A stretch of DNA of 62,640 nucleotides. Source: an uncultured Bdellovibrio sp. Lineage in GTDB: Bacteria > Bdellovibrionota > Bdellovibrionia > Bdellovibrionales > Bdellovibrionaceae. Positions 39,072 to 49,241 of this stretch are shown here, one piece after another; position 1 is the stretch's first letter, and the number at the start of each line of letters is the position of its first letter. The translations under genes were made by a program, and so were the position numbers. Where the stretch lies: the NCBI GenBank assembly GCA_963932905.1, contig CAWVRN010000029.1, positions 1 through 62,640 of the forward strand, written 5' to 3'. The notes beneath the pieces were generated by a model, which ran no database searches, was not told where the DNA came from, and was given only the letters and a program-made list of their open reading frames with translations.

Positions 39072-39135
39072 TTATGACTTTTTAAGATTTTCGGATTTTA
39101 AGAGTCTACTTTTTGGGCGACAGCCTGGAGGTCCT

Positions 39136-41385
39136 ATGAAGTTCAGATTTCCCATCGTAATTATCGACGAAGATTTTCGCACAGAAAATGCCAGTGGCAC
39201 CGGGATTCGCGCACTAGCAGCGGCGATCGAGAAAGAAGGTTCCGAAGTTTTGGGCGTAACTAGTTACGGAGATTTGACGGCATTTGCTCAGCACCAAAGT
39301 CACGCTTCGGCGTTTTTGTTATCTATAGATGATGAAGAATTCGGCGGTGGCAGCGCGGAAGAAATTCAAACCGCACTGAAAAGTTTACGTGCGTTTATCG
39401 AAGAAATTCGGTTCAAGAACGCTGATATCCCGATTTTCTTGTACGGTGAAACCAGAACCTCACGACATATTCCCAACGATGTCCTTCGCCAGCTTCACGG
39501 TTTTATTCACATGCACGAAGATACGCCTGAATTCGTGGCCAGACATATTATCAGGGAAACTCGCGCTTATTTGGACGGCGTAGCGCCGCCGTTTTTCAAA
39601 GCGCTGCTTAATTATGCACAAAATGGATCGTACTCATGGCATTGCCCGGGGCATTCGGGCGGCGTTGCGTTTTTGAAATCGCCAGTAGGGCAAATGTTCC
39701 ACCAATTCTTCGGCGAAAACATGCTTCGCGCCGATGTCTGCAATGCTGTCGATGAATTGGGGCAGCTTTTGGATCACTCGGGCCCGGTGGCAGCGTCAGA
39801 ACGAAACGCAGCCAGAATTTTTAATGCCGATCATTTGTACTTTGTGACCAATGGGACGTCGACATCGAATAAAATTGTGTGGCACTCTATGGTTGGTCCG
39901 GATGACATCGTCGTTGTGGATCGTAACTGCCACAAATCTAATCTTCACGCCATCATGATGACGGGCGCAGTTCCGGTGTTTTTAACACCGACGCGTAATC
40001 ATTACGGTATTATCGGTCCAATTCCAGAAAATGAATTCACTATGGAAAGCATTCAGAAGAAAATCGATGCGCATCCCTTTATTAAAGACAAAACTAAGAA
40101 ACCTCGTATTTTGACGATCACGCAAAGCACTTACGATGGTGTCAGCTATAACGTGGAATCGATAAAGAAAAAACTGGATGGTAAAATTCATGCGCTTCAT
40201 TTCGATGAAGCTTGGCTTCCGCACGCCGCTTTTCATGAATTTTACAAAGATATGCACGCGATTGGTAAAGATCGTCCACGAACCAAAGATTCTTTGATTT
40301 TTGCCACTCAGTCCACGCACAAGATGCTGGCGGGCTTAAGTCAGGCATCACAAATTTTGATCGCTGAATCAGAAAATAAAAAACTAAACGAAAGTATCTT
40401 CAACGAAGCGTTCTTGATGCACACATCGACTAGTCCGCAGTACGCGATCATTGCATCGTGCGACGTTGCAGCCGCGATGATGGAAGGCCCGGGGGGCGCC
40501 GCTCTTGTTGAAGAAAGTATTAGTGAATCGATGGATTTTCGTCGAGCGATGCATAAAGTAGATAATGAATGGGGCAGTGACTGGTGGTTCAAAGTATGGG
40601 GACCTGATGACATCGTCGATGAAGGCATCGGTTCGCGCGAACATTGGGTGCTTAAACCTGAAGACGACTGGCACGGATTTAATCACTTAAGTGATGGTTT
40701 TAATATGCTAGACCCATTGAAAGCCACGATCATCACGCCGGGGTTAGGCTTAAACGGTGAGTTTGATGAAACGGGTATTCCGGCGGCTATCGTTACAAAA
40801 TATTTAGCCGAACATGGAGTTATCGTCGAGAAATGCGGGTTGTATTCCTTCTTTGTGATGTTCACTATTGGTATCACAAAAGGTCGCTGGAACACTTTGC
40901 TAGCTGGACTTCAGCAGTTCAAAGATGATTATGATCGCAACCAGCCCATGTGGAAGATCTTACCAAAATTCGTAGCGCAAAATCCAAAATACGAGCGCAT
41001 GGGGTTGCGCGATTTGTGTAAGCAGATTCACGGAGCATACAAAGAAGCCAACATCGCAAAAATGACAACAGAGATCTATGTCTCTGATATCAAACCGGCG
41101 ATGAAACCGTCAGATGCGTTCGCGAAAATGGCCCATGGTGAAATCGAACGCATTGAAATTGATAACTTAGATGGCAAGGTGACGGCGGTATTGCTGACGC
41201 CGTACCCTCCGGGAATTCCGTTACTGGTTCCCGGCGAGCGATTTAATAAAACGATCGTCGATTATTTAAAATTTGCGCGCGATATGAATGTGCGCTTACC
41301 TGGATTTGAAACAGATATTCACGGTCTTTTCACCGAAGTGGTGGGTGGAGTGAAGCGCTATTACGTCGACTGTGTGACGGTTTAG
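39136..41385 (+). CDS. Orn/Lys/Arg decarboxylase, fold type I with wing domain (LdcA/SpeC-like)
   Basis: MKFRFPIVIIDEDFR, WHCPGH, NGTSTSNK, DRNCHKS, FDEAW, TQSTHK (PLP Lys), PYPPGIP. Confidence 0.93.
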   Translation: MKFRFPIVIIDEDFRTENASGTGIRALAAAIEKEGSEVLGVTSYGDLTAFAQHQSHASAFLLSIDDEEFGGGSAEEIQTALKSLRAFIEEIRFKNADIPIFLYGETRTSRHIPNDVLRQLHGFIHMHEDTPEFVARHIIRETRAYLDGVAPPFFKALLNYAQNGSYSWHCPGHSGGVAFLKSPVGQMFHQFFGENMLRADVCNAVDELGQLLDHSGPVAASERNAARIFNADHLYFVTNGTSTSNKIVWHSMVGPDDIVVVDRNCHKSNLHAIMMTGAVPVFLTPTRNHYGIIGPIPENEFTMESIQKKIDAHPFIKDKTKKPRILTITQSTYDGVSYNVESIKKKLDGKIHALHFDEAWLPHAAFHEFYKDMHAIGKDRPRTKDSLIFATQSTHKMLAGLSQASQILIAESENKKLNESIFNEAFLMHTSTSPQYAIIASCDVAAAMMEGPGGAALVEESISESMDFRRAMHKVDNEWGSDWWFKVWGPDDIVDEGIGSREHWVLKPEDDWHGFNHLSDGFNMLDPLKATIITPGLGLNGEFDETGIPAAIVTKYLAEHGVIVEKCGLYSFFVMFTIGITKGRWNTLLAGLQQFKDDYDRNQPMWKILPKFVAQNPKYERMGLRDLCKQIHGAYKEANIAKMTTEIYVSDIKPAMKPSDAFAKMAHGEIERIEIDNLDGKVTAVLLTPYPPGIPLLVPGERFNKTIVDYLKFARDMNVRLPGFETDIHGLFTEVVGGVKRYYVDCVTV

Positions 41386-41396
41386 AGTGTAAAGTT

Positions 41397-41996
41397 CTAA
41401 AACCCTACGTTTAAAAATGGAGCAATGGCAAACAAACCTTTTTCGTTGAAATTCAAAAGACCAATTTGCACGCCGTGCAAGTTGGTCGCTGAATTCACAA
41501 GGCCAATCTGCAATCCATAAACTTCACGAGCTTTATTGTAAACACCGACTTGTATTCCATATATATCGGTAAATGGAGTATAGTTAGCTGCGGCTAGTCC
41601 CACACCGATCAAACGACTTTCACCGCCGTTGTAATTCAAACCGAGGGCGGCTTGTAAACCAACCACGTGAGTTTTTCCTGTGTTAATATTAGTTAAACCG
41701 GCGAATTGTAATCCCACGGTATTCGTTTCACCTTTGGTGTAGTTGAAAATTCCTGAAATACCGATCCCGGTGAACGTTTGTTCTGTAATATTACCGATAA
41801 CACCTAAATCGACGCCGTATAAATCACGGTGCTGACCCCAAAGTAAACTGATGCGGGCACCAGTAACCGAGAAATCATCCGGAGGAAATTGCAGTGGCGG
41901 AACGATATTCAGCGATAAAGGACTGATCGCTGCCAGTGTTTTAAATCCAAAAGACAGCAGTAAGGCTAATGTAAGTAAGCGTATTTTTTTTATCAT
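41397..41996 (-). CDS. Exported Gly-rich beta-repeat protein (LA_2272-like)
   Basis: Signal peptide; repeated GxQxGxxN units; C-terminal PFLNVGF. Confidence 0.75.
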   Translation of the reverse strand: MIKKIRLLTLALLLSFGFKTLAAISPLSLNIVPPLQFPPDDFSVTGARISLLWGQHRDLYGVDLGVIGNITEQTFTGIGISGIFNYTKGETNTVGLQFAGLTNINTGKTHVVGLQAALGLNYNGGESRLIGVGLAAANYTPFTDIYGIQVGVYNKAREVYGLQIGLVNSATNLHGVQIGLLNFNEKGLFAIAPFLNVGF

Positions 41997-42044
41997 ACAG
42001 TCATTCTATTGGGATTTGCTTCGAATGCAAATTTTCTCAGGACG

Positions 42045-42410
42045 TTAGTTTGGCAAGGTTTCAATAATTTTCAGTTTTTCATAAAGCCAATTTTTTGATT
42101 TCACAACTGTGCCGTTCGGCAATTGAATCAAATAATCTTGTCCAGAGATCGAAGATTTTGAAGCAATTTTTTCGATAAACATCACCGCCGTCCAATCTGA
42201 TTTCTTAGGAGCAAACCAGGAATTCGCTGCCTGATCCAATTTATCACGTAAATGTTTAGCTGCTTCAATAGAATTGTATGATTGGCCATTGCGAATGAAA
42301 GTGACATTGGAATTTTGAACGATCACGATTAAACGTTCGATTTTATCAAGTTCTGAAATAGCCGCAAACGAAAATAAGGGAATGATTAGAAAAAGTAGAA
42401 ATGCTTTCAT
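42045..42410 (-). CDS. DUF5329-like exported protein
   Basis: FIRNG...EAAKHLRDK...FIEKIASKSSISG; start MKAFLL after GAGG. Confidence 0.75.
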   Translation of the reverse strand: MKAFLLFLIIPLFSFAAISELDKIERLIVIVQNSNVTFIRNGQSYNSIEAAKHLRDKLDQAANSWFAPKKSDWTAVMFIEKIASKSSISGQDYLIQLPNGTVVKSKNWLYEKLKIIETLPN

Positions 42411-42556
42411 AATTACCTCGTTTTTTGATCTCATCTGTATCAGGATGAGTCTAAGTTGCGACCAAAGGCAAGTTATAGATATAAATATATTAAAACCTGA
42501 TTCAAATCATATTTTGATTCAGTGTAGCGGTGTAGTTTTTAACAAAGGAGTCTTTC

Positions 42557-43753
42557 ATGAGATTTGGACCGTTCGCATTTCTTTTTTCAGTGGCTTTGAG
42601 TTTAGGTATCGGCTGTGGATCAGTTGTCAAGAAACCCCATGAGACGGGGGAAGTTTCAAAAAAGTTTGATGATAAGATGTCTGCCACGGAAAGCTGGCAA
42701 GATCAGATGAAGGCGCTGGAGAAAAATCTAGTCGAAATTTATCCACTTGTGCTAAACCCAGAGGAATTTGAAAGTCAGAAAAACGATAAAAAAATCAGTG
42801 ACAATTTAAAACGGTTAAACGCCGTTGCTGCAAAAGTGAATCATTCACCGATGACAGTGATGAACGATCCTACGCTCGCCTTCATCTCATTCGATTTTCG
42901 TCAGCAGTTAGGAAATGTAGATCGTGCGTTTTCTTTGGGTAAAAAAAATTACGCTCGATTTGAGCTCTTAAAAATGACTCAGTACTGTATCGAGTGTCAT
43001 ACGCAATCAAATAAAGGCCCGAGTTTTGGTTATAGTCAGTTTTCAAACAAAATCCAGACTCTTCCGGCCATCACTCAAGCAGAAATTTATGTGGCCACGC
43101 GACGTTTTGATGAGGCCCTGAAAAGTTATCAAGATTTTTTTAATCAGACGGATACAAGCTGGGATGTTCAATTTAAGGCGGAACAAGCGATTCACAATTC
43201 CTTATCTATTTTGATTCGCTACAAACGTGATCCTGAAGCAACCAAAGTATTTTTGGAAAAGGTTCAAAAAGTGGGCTTTGTTCCTCTGTATTTAAAAACA
43301 ATGATTCCTGTATGGCAAGCCGATGTTAAAAAATGGGCTGCAGAATCTAAAGCGATGAAGCCGTCATTAAGTATTGTGAAAATTTGGATCGATCGATCTA
43401 ATTCTAGGATGTTTGAATATGGACGTTTAGGTTCCGAGGTTTGGAATCAGCTTGCCATCAGTTATTTACATGAGTTTTTAGAGAGCACTCGATTTAAACC
43501 CTACAAAGCGGATGTTCTTTGGCTGCTTGGTGCTAGTTATATCAATGGTTTAAATTCCTATCAAAGCAGTTTGGGTGAAAAATATTTAGAAGTCTGTATC
43601 CGCACCTTTCCCAATTCGTTTTCAGCCCATCGCTGTTATTTTAAATTGGAAGAGTATGTTTACGATACCAATACTGGGACAGCGGGCACATTTTTATCTA
43701 TTGAAGACGAACGTCGGTTAAAAGAACTAAAGGCTCTGTCCGAGCCTAAATAG
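42557..43753 (+). CDS. Lipoprotein with one c-type heme motif and TPR-like helices
   Basis: Lipobox-like GIGC; CIECH; SD AAGGAG. Confidence 0.7.
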   Translation: MRFGPFAFLFSVALSLGIGCGSVVKKPHETGEVSKKFDDKMSATESWQDQMKALEKNLVEIYPLVLNPEEFESQKNDKKISDNLKRLNAVAAKVNHSPMTVMNDPTLAFISFDFRQQLGNVDRAFSLGKKNYARFELLKMTQYCIECHTQSNKGPSFGYSQFSNKIQTLPAITQAEIYVATRRFDEALKSYQDFFNQTDTSWDVQFKAEQAIHNSLSILIRYKRDPEATKVFLEKVQKVGFVPLYLKTMIPVWQADVKKWAAESKAMKPSLSIVKIWIDRSNSRMFEYGRLGSEVWNQLAISYLHEFLESTRFKPYKADVLWLLGASYINGLNSYQSSLGEKYLEVCIRTFPNSFSAHRCYFKLEEYVYDTNTGTAGTFLSIEDERRLKELKALSEPK

Positions 43754-44215
43754 TTAGTAACGAAATAGTGGCGACCAACGTGAGTTTTTCTTTAAACGAA
43801 GCTCAAGTGTATCGTTGCTTTGTGCGCAAAACATTCCCGCTAATGCTTCGATAACCAAATCATTGGCTTCGATCCTAAATCGATTCTGAGCGGGTTCTTT
43901 ATCTTTGACGGAAATACCTGACGGGCATCCGGTACTTAGCTTTGACTTCAGTTTTCCAAATTGAATTTGGTCAGCCACAATTTGATAGGTGCCTTCACTT
44001 GTAACCATACAGTTAGGCATCAAGGTCATGGTTTGGCTGACTGTCGTGTCTGTGAAAACCATAGATAAGCTTTCTAACAATGGCTTCACTTTGACGGGAA
44101 CTTGGCCAGAGAGTTTACATTGGGCACTGACTGTCGTCCATGCTCCAGTTAAATTAACCGATGTATGACCAGTGAACGGGGCCATAACTAACACTAATAA
44201 AAACAAATTTTTCAT
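43754..44215 (-). CDS. Secreted lipocalin-like hypothetical protein
   Basis: Signal peptide; LTGAW motif; GTYQI. Confidence 0.6.
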   Translation of the reverse strand: MKNLFLLVLVMAPFTGHTSVNLTGAWTTVSAQCKLSGQVPVKVKPLLESLSMVFTDTTVSQTMTLMPNCMVTSEGTYQIVADQIQFGKLKSKLSTGCPSGISVKDKEPAQNRFRIEANDLVIEALAGMFCAQSNDTLELRLKKNSRWSPLFRY

Positions 44216-44272
44216 AAAACCTCGCTTTTAACTGTTCATTCATCAAACGCAAAGGTTTGGCAATTAGAAACG

Positions 44273-45487
44273 TTAACCTTCGACTCTGAACAGCGCAAAC
44301 TTCAGATAGCGAAGTTCTGGCATCGCCAGTGGGTAAGGATGATCTGACGGTTGGGCACCAAGGCGAACCAGCGTCCCGCGTTTTCCTGCTTTAGAGAAAG
44401 CTTCGCGTGTAATTTCTAAAAATGCTTCGGTATCGATGTGGCTTGAGCACGAACTGGCCGCAAATAACCCATTTTCTTTTACTAGTTTGATCGAATTAGA
44501 ATAAATTTTAGTGTAAGCAACCGTTGCTTGGGGAACCGATTTTTCATTGGGCGCAAAACTGGGAGGATCCGTGATAACGATATCAAATTTGTGCTTCAGT
44601 GCGATTTGTTTATCTACGTATTCGAATGCGTCGGCGGCAACGTCGATATGTTCCGTTTTAAACTGATTGATTTCAAAATTTCGTTTTACATTTTCGATTG
44701 CTACCTTAGCGATATCCACACTGGTGACTTGGGTAGCTCCGCCGGCAGCAGCAAACAAAGAAAACCCGCCGGTATAGCTAAATAGGTTTAAAACCGTGGC
44801 GTCTTTAGCGAAAGTCTTAATGGCTAAGCGATTGTCGCGTTGATCAAGGAAAAATCCGGTCTTGGCTGCATCGCGAATGTTCGATGAGAATAACAAGTCG
44901 TTTTCTTTAAAAATCGTCTCGGTGGGGAGTTGCCCAACTAAGTTCGTTCCTTTCTCATCGGCGTCGTTACGGCGTTTTAAATATACACATTTAATTTGTG
45001 GAAATTCTTTTACGATTTTCTCGGCGATGTGCTGACTATTCCACACAGATTCCATGACGGGGTGGTCATGTTTGATCACCGCGACGTCGTTGTAAATATC
45101 CACAACTAATCCAGGAACGCCGTCGCCTTCACCGTTGAACAAACGAAACGAATTTGTTTTTTCTAAATCAAAACTTTGGCGAATTTTCACAGCGTTTTTC
45201 CACTGGCGTTCGCTCCATAGCTCAAATGTTTTGGCGGCGCTATTTTTTCGAAAGTAGGGCTCGTCGCTGAGGCAAAACAATCTAAACCGCAGTTGCGTGT
45301 CGCCTTGATAAACCCCGAACCCAATTAATTCTTTTTTGTAGTAGAGCGCCCGAAGTCCCGTAGAGCTAGCGCCAAGGTCTTCGACTCCGCCAGCAAATAT
45401 CCAGCGATGGCCACGTTTAAGATGTTTTAGGACATCTCGGGTCAACTGTATGGATGGAATTGGTTCTGGCGAGCGAACAAACGACAT
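44273..45487 (-). CDS. RlmI-like class I SAM-dependent rRNA methyltransferase
   Basis: FNGEGDGVPGLVVD, KTGFFLDQRDNR, LNLFSYTGGF, DPPSF, DHP...YLK. Confidence 0.9.
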   Translation of the reverse strand: MSFVRSPEPIPSIQLTRDVLKHLKRGHRWIFAGGVEDLGASSTGLRALYYKKELIGFGVYQGDTQLRFRLFCLSDEPYFRKNSAAKTFELWSERQWKNAVKIRQSFDLEKTNSFRLFNGEGDGVPGLVVDIYNDVAVIKHDHPVMESVWNSQHIAEKIVKEFPQIKCVYLKRRNDADEKGTNLVGQLPTETIFKENDLLFSSNIRDAAKTGFFLDQRDNRLAIKTFAKDATVLNLFSYTGGFSLFAAAGGATQVTSVDIAKVAIENVKRNFEINQFKTEHIDVAADAFEYVDKQIALKHKFDIVITDPPSFAPNEKSVPQATVAYTKIYSNSIKLVKENGLFAASSCSSHIDTEAFLEITREAFSKAGKRGTLVRLGAQPSDHPYPLAMPELRYLKFALFRVEG

Positions 45488-45491
45488 GATC

Positions 45492-45749
45492 TTAGTAACC
45501 TAAAATATCAACGTACGTAATGCCTTTGGCAATAGCCGAAGATGGCTTTGCACGCTGACCTTTGATCTGAATGCGCCCATCTAAAAACAATTGTTTTAAA
45601 GCGTTTCTTGAAATTGCTTGAAGAGTTGGATTTTCAGTTTGTTCTTTCAAAACCATAAGCAATTTATTATCCATGCGACTTAGGCGGGAATGAACTTCAA
45701 TTGTTACGCGAAATGATTTAGCGGGCTGTGGGGGAATGCGATCGTTCAT
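45492..45749 (-). CDS. Small S4-like RNA-binding protein
   Basis: RMDNKL...SRNALKQLFLDGRIQIKGQRAKPS. Confidence 0.7.
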   Translation of the reverse strand: MNDRIPPQPAKSFRVTIEVHSRLSRMDNKLLMVLKEQTENPTLQAISRNALKQLFLDGRIQIKGQRAKPSSAIAKGITYVDILGY

Positions 45750-45894
45750 AAGTGTATCTCCGGAAGTTTCATATTATAGCCAAAAATGGCGTTTTTGACG
45801 TCTACTATTTCAAAAATGAATAAATTTTCTAGGTATTTGCGAAATTTTTTCAACTGCTAGGTGATAGCCAAAGATGTGGTATAAGGGCTTCACT

Positions 45895-47253
45895 ATGAAT
45901 TTACATGTTATGATTTCCGCTCTAGCGGCGGCCGCAGTTTTAATGGGTTGTAATTATCACCGCAATGATTTGCAGTTAGATAAAGAAAACGAAACGAAAA
46001 GTGATTTCTATATTGCGGTGGAGGAAAATCCAAACGCTAGCCCGGCTCAAATGCGTAGGGAGCTGAGCCAGTTTTTCTTGGTTGAGCAATTTACGGTTGG
46101 TGCTAATGATTCTATGATCAGGGCTTTAAAATCCAACCCTCCGGGCGGTATTCTGTTTTGGAATGGCGGTGGTGATGATTCTGAAAAACTAAAAGCATCG
46201 ATTCAGACCTATTCAGTGGCTGCGAAAAAACTAGGTTTAAAACCACTCTTGTTTTCGACCGATTACGAAGGCGGGGCCTACAATAAAACTCCATTTCACT
46301 CATTCATTCCAGGCGTTCAGCGTTTTTCAACTGGATTTACAAAACTGGCTCATCCACGTTGGTTAGGTGAATCTATTAAAACCTACGGATTGGAATTATG
46401 CGGATTGCACGGTAAACTGATCGCCAAGGAACTCAAAGTCGTTGGTATCAATTATCCTCTGTCCGTAGTCAGTGATTTAGCAACGCAAGCTCTGACGTCT
46501 GTTCGTGGAATTTCCAAAGATGCAGGCAAGGTTTCAGCCTGTGTAGTTGAAATAAACAAGCAATTCATTCAACAAAAAGATATCATTTTTGTAACGAAGC
46601 ATTTTCCCGGTATCGGTCTTACTAAAGGTGATACACATGAGGGGGTCGTGACTTCAGATGTGGTTGATCCCGCGAAATTGTTGATGCATTTAAAGCCATT
46701 TGACGACTTGATTAAATCTACCAAGGTTCAAGCGCATGAAGAAAGTCTAAGCATCATGACCACACATGCGAAATTTAAGGGATATGATCCCAATAATTTA
46801 ACAACGGAATCTCGTCTTGTAGCTCATGGTTTGTTAAAGGAAAAAATGCAGTTTGCCGGTCTGGTGGTTAGTGATGCCATGTGGATGGGCGATTACGGCC
46901 AATTGCAGAGTATCGACCTGATGCCGGTGTATTTAAATGCTTTTATTTCCGGTATGGACCTTTTGATGATCCCGGGGGGGCGTTTTAAAGAAGCTGTAGC
47001 TTACTTTCGCCGGGTATTCGATAAAAAACTAACCGATGAAGAGCGCCTAAAACTGGTAGAAAAAATGCAGCTCAGTTTTGAAGATGTTCATGTGCTGTTC
47101 ATCGCACGTCTTCAAGAAGCGATAGCTACGCATCAAGCGGTTCGTGGTGTGATCAAACATCCACACGAATTTATTGAGTCCATGACTCCCGTAGAAACCA
47201 CCACTAAGGATCAAGAACGTTACTACGAAATTTTAAACGCTTTGGGAGGTTAG
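45895..47253 (+). CDS. GH3 beta-N-acetylhexosaminidase (NagZ-like), lipoprotein
   Basis: Lipobox LMGC; STDYEGG, KHFPGIGLTKGDTH, VSDAMWM. Confidence 0.85.
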   Translation: MNLHVMISALAAAAVLMGCNYHRNDLQLDKENETKSDFYIAVEENPNASPAQMRRELSQFFLVEQFTVGANDSMIRALKSNPPGGILFWNGGGDDSEKLKASIQTYSVAAKKLGLKPLLFSTDYEGGAYNKTPFHSFIPGVQRFSTGFTKLAHPRWLGESIKTYGLELCGLHGKLIAKELKVVGINYPLSVVSDLATQALTSVRGISKDAGKVSACVVEINKQFIQQKDIIFVTKHFPGIGLTKGDTHEGVVTSDVVDPAKLLMHLKPFDDLIKSTKVQAHEESLSIMTTHAKFKGYDPNNLTTESRLVAHGLLKEKMQFAGLVVSDAMWMGDYGQLQSIDLMPVYLNAFISGMDLLMIPGGRFKEAVAYFRRVFDKKLTDEERLKLVEKMQLSFEDVHVLFIARLQEAIATHQAVRGVIKHPHEFIESMTPVETTTKDQERYYEILNALGG

Positions 47254-47279
47254 TTCGACCTGTCTATGGGCCGGTTGAA

Positions 47280-47651
47280 CTATTGAAGCCTTAGTTCCAC
47301 TTCGACTTCGCCAGCCGCAATCATATTTAACTCTTTGGCGGCGGCATAAGATAAATCAATCACACGTCGTGAAACAAACGGACCGCGATCATTAATCCTA
47401 ACCACCACTGTTTGACCGGTTGTCTTGCTATGAACCACAACGCGAGTTCCAAAAGGCAGTGTTTTATGGGCCGCAGTTAGTTCGTACATATCGTACTTTT
47501 CTCCGCTAGCGGTGCTGCGACCATGAAATTTTTTGCCGTACCAGGACGCGTAACCAGTTTCAAAAAAGGTACCCTTGGGCGTGGTTGAACACGACGATAA
47601 AAATAGGGTCATCATTAAGAATACGCCTATAAAGCGCATGGTCTGAATCAT
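47280..47651 (-). CDS. rlpA: RlpA-family lytic transglycosylase lipoprotein (DPBB domain only)
   Basis: [38 protein letters not shown]. Confidence 0.93.
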   Translation of the reverse strand: MIQTMRFIGVFLMMTLFLSSCSTTPKGTFFETGYASWYGKKFHGRSTASGEKYDMYELTAAHKTLPFGTRVVVHSKTTGQTVVVRINDRGPFVSRRVIDLSYAAAKELNMIAAGEVEVELRLQ

Positions 47652-47657
47652 AGCTAT

Positions 47658-47685
47658 CTATCGGCAAAATCAGGCTTTCGCTTTA
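47658..47685 (-). promoter_or_regulatory. Putative sigma28 (FliA) promoter, likely leaderless
   Basis: Minus strand TAAA-N16-GCCGATAG, ATG 6 nt downstream. Confidence 0.65.
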
Positions 47686-47877
47686 ACTTAGAAGTGCTAC
47701 TTTAATGACTACAATTAAGCCAGTTTCCAATGCTTTAGCATAAACTCTGTAGGAAAAACTTGCACAAACTTGAGCTTAAAAATGCGCCTAAAGCCATTGC
47801 CCTAATATAGCCATTGACCTTTATAAGTCGCTTCTCTAAAAGATTCTTAACAACGGGTCTAAATAAAGGGGAGATAT

Positions 47878-49032
47878 ATGTTCTCTAATGCAGTTAAGAT
47901 GTTGATTTTAGTTTCAGTTGGTATCAGTTCAGTAAGTCTGGCTGTCTATCTTCCGCCTAAAACAATTCCAGCGAACGAAGTGCCAAACACAATCCGCGTA
48001 ATGAGCTACAATGTTGAAAATCTATTCGATACAGTTCATGACCAAGGTAAGAACGATTACGAATTTTTACCAAACAGCAATCCTGAAAAAGCAAAATTCT
48101 GCCAAAAAAGTCCAGATCCAAAACGTTGTATGTCTGTGGATTGGACACAGCCCCGCTACTTGCAAAAACTAGCACAAATCAGAAATGTATTTGCAGCGAT
48201 CCCGGGAGGATATCCGCAAATCATGGGTCTTATCGAAGTTGAAAATGAAAACGTAGTGAAGCAACTAGCGTCAGTTCTTGGTTTTAAAGGTCAGGTGACC
48301 ACAAACAGTCCCGATGAGCGCGGTATCGACGTAGCGTTGATGTACAACGAATCAGCGAAATTGAAATTTGTAAATGCGAATTCAATTCGTATTGATCCAT
48401 CTAAATTAGGCAAACCAACTCGCGATATCTTGGAAGTGAATTTCAAAGTGTTGACAAGTGGTGGTTGGCAAGCGCTGGCTATCTACATGAATCACTGGCC
48501 ATCGCAAAATAATCCCGTGCAGTCGCGCATTGTAGCGGCGCAAACATTAGCTCCGATCGTGAAAGCAAAAATAGCTTCGGGCGCTAGTGTAATCATCATG
48601 GGTGACTTCAATACGGTAGCTAAAGATAATCCAAATCCTTTGAATTTATTCTCTCAAACTGCAGGCGTTTATGATTTAGATCCTGTGTTTAGAAAGAACG
48701 CTCCGACAGCAGGTATCGATTTAAAGCTAGTGCCACCGGGAACGTATTTTTATCCAGGTAGCAATGCTCAACCAGCGATGTCTTGGGATGCTTTGGATCA
48801 TTTCTATGTGTCACCATCAATGGTGACTCGTAGTTCGATGATTGTGGACTGGTCAAGTTATCGCATTTTCTCGCATCCTGGTTTAACGACGTCGTATACT
48901 TACAAATCGGGCCCGTATGCTGGGAAAACCGTAAACGACGTGCCTTTCCGCTATAATCATATGGCGGATAAACCGCAGCAAGCTGGTTACAGCGATCATT
49001 TCCCAATTTTAGTTGATATTAAACTTTTATAG
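47878..49032 (+). CDS. Secreted endonuclease/exonuclease/phosphatase-family protein
   Basis: Signal peptide; SYNVENLFD, IEVEN, NHWPS, MGDFN, LDHF, YSDHFP. Confidence 0.92.
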   Translation: MFSNAVKMLILVSVGISSVSLAVYLPPKTIPANEVPNTIRVMSYNVENLFDTVHDQGKNDYEFLPNSNPEKAKFCQKSPDPKRCMSVDWTQPRYLQKLAQIRNVFAAIPGGYPQIMGLIEVENENVVKQLASVLGFKGQVTTNSPDERGIDVALMYNESAKLKFVNANSIRIDPSKLGKPTRDILEVNFKVLTSGGWQALAIYMNHWPSQNNPVQSRIVAAQTLAPIVKAKIASGASVIIMGDFNTVAKDNPNPLNLFSQTAGVYDLDPVFRKNAPTAGIDLKLVPPGTYFYPGSNAQPAMSWDALDHFYVSPSMVTRSSMIVDWSSYRIFSHPGLTTSYTYKSGPYAGKTVNDVPFRYNHMADKPQQAGYSDHFPILVDIKLL

Positions 49033-49064
49033 TTTTTATTAAGGTAGAAGTTTTGGTTTTATTT

Positions 49065-49095
49065 AAACGGTGACTATTGGATCACCGTTTTTTTT
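49065..49095 (+). terminator. Intrinsic terminator
   Basis: AAACGGTGA...TCACCGTTT followed by T-run. Confidence 0.85.
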
Positions 49096-49241
49096 GTGTG
49101 CGTAGGATTCTTCAGGGGAGCGCTGTTTGTTGGTCTGGAAAACTCGACTGAAGGTGGTAAAAAAATGACGAGTCCGAAAAAGAATATATTCAGAGTAATT
49201 GACCTGCGAACTTAAGTAGAGTTTGGCTAAAGCTTCTAAAT

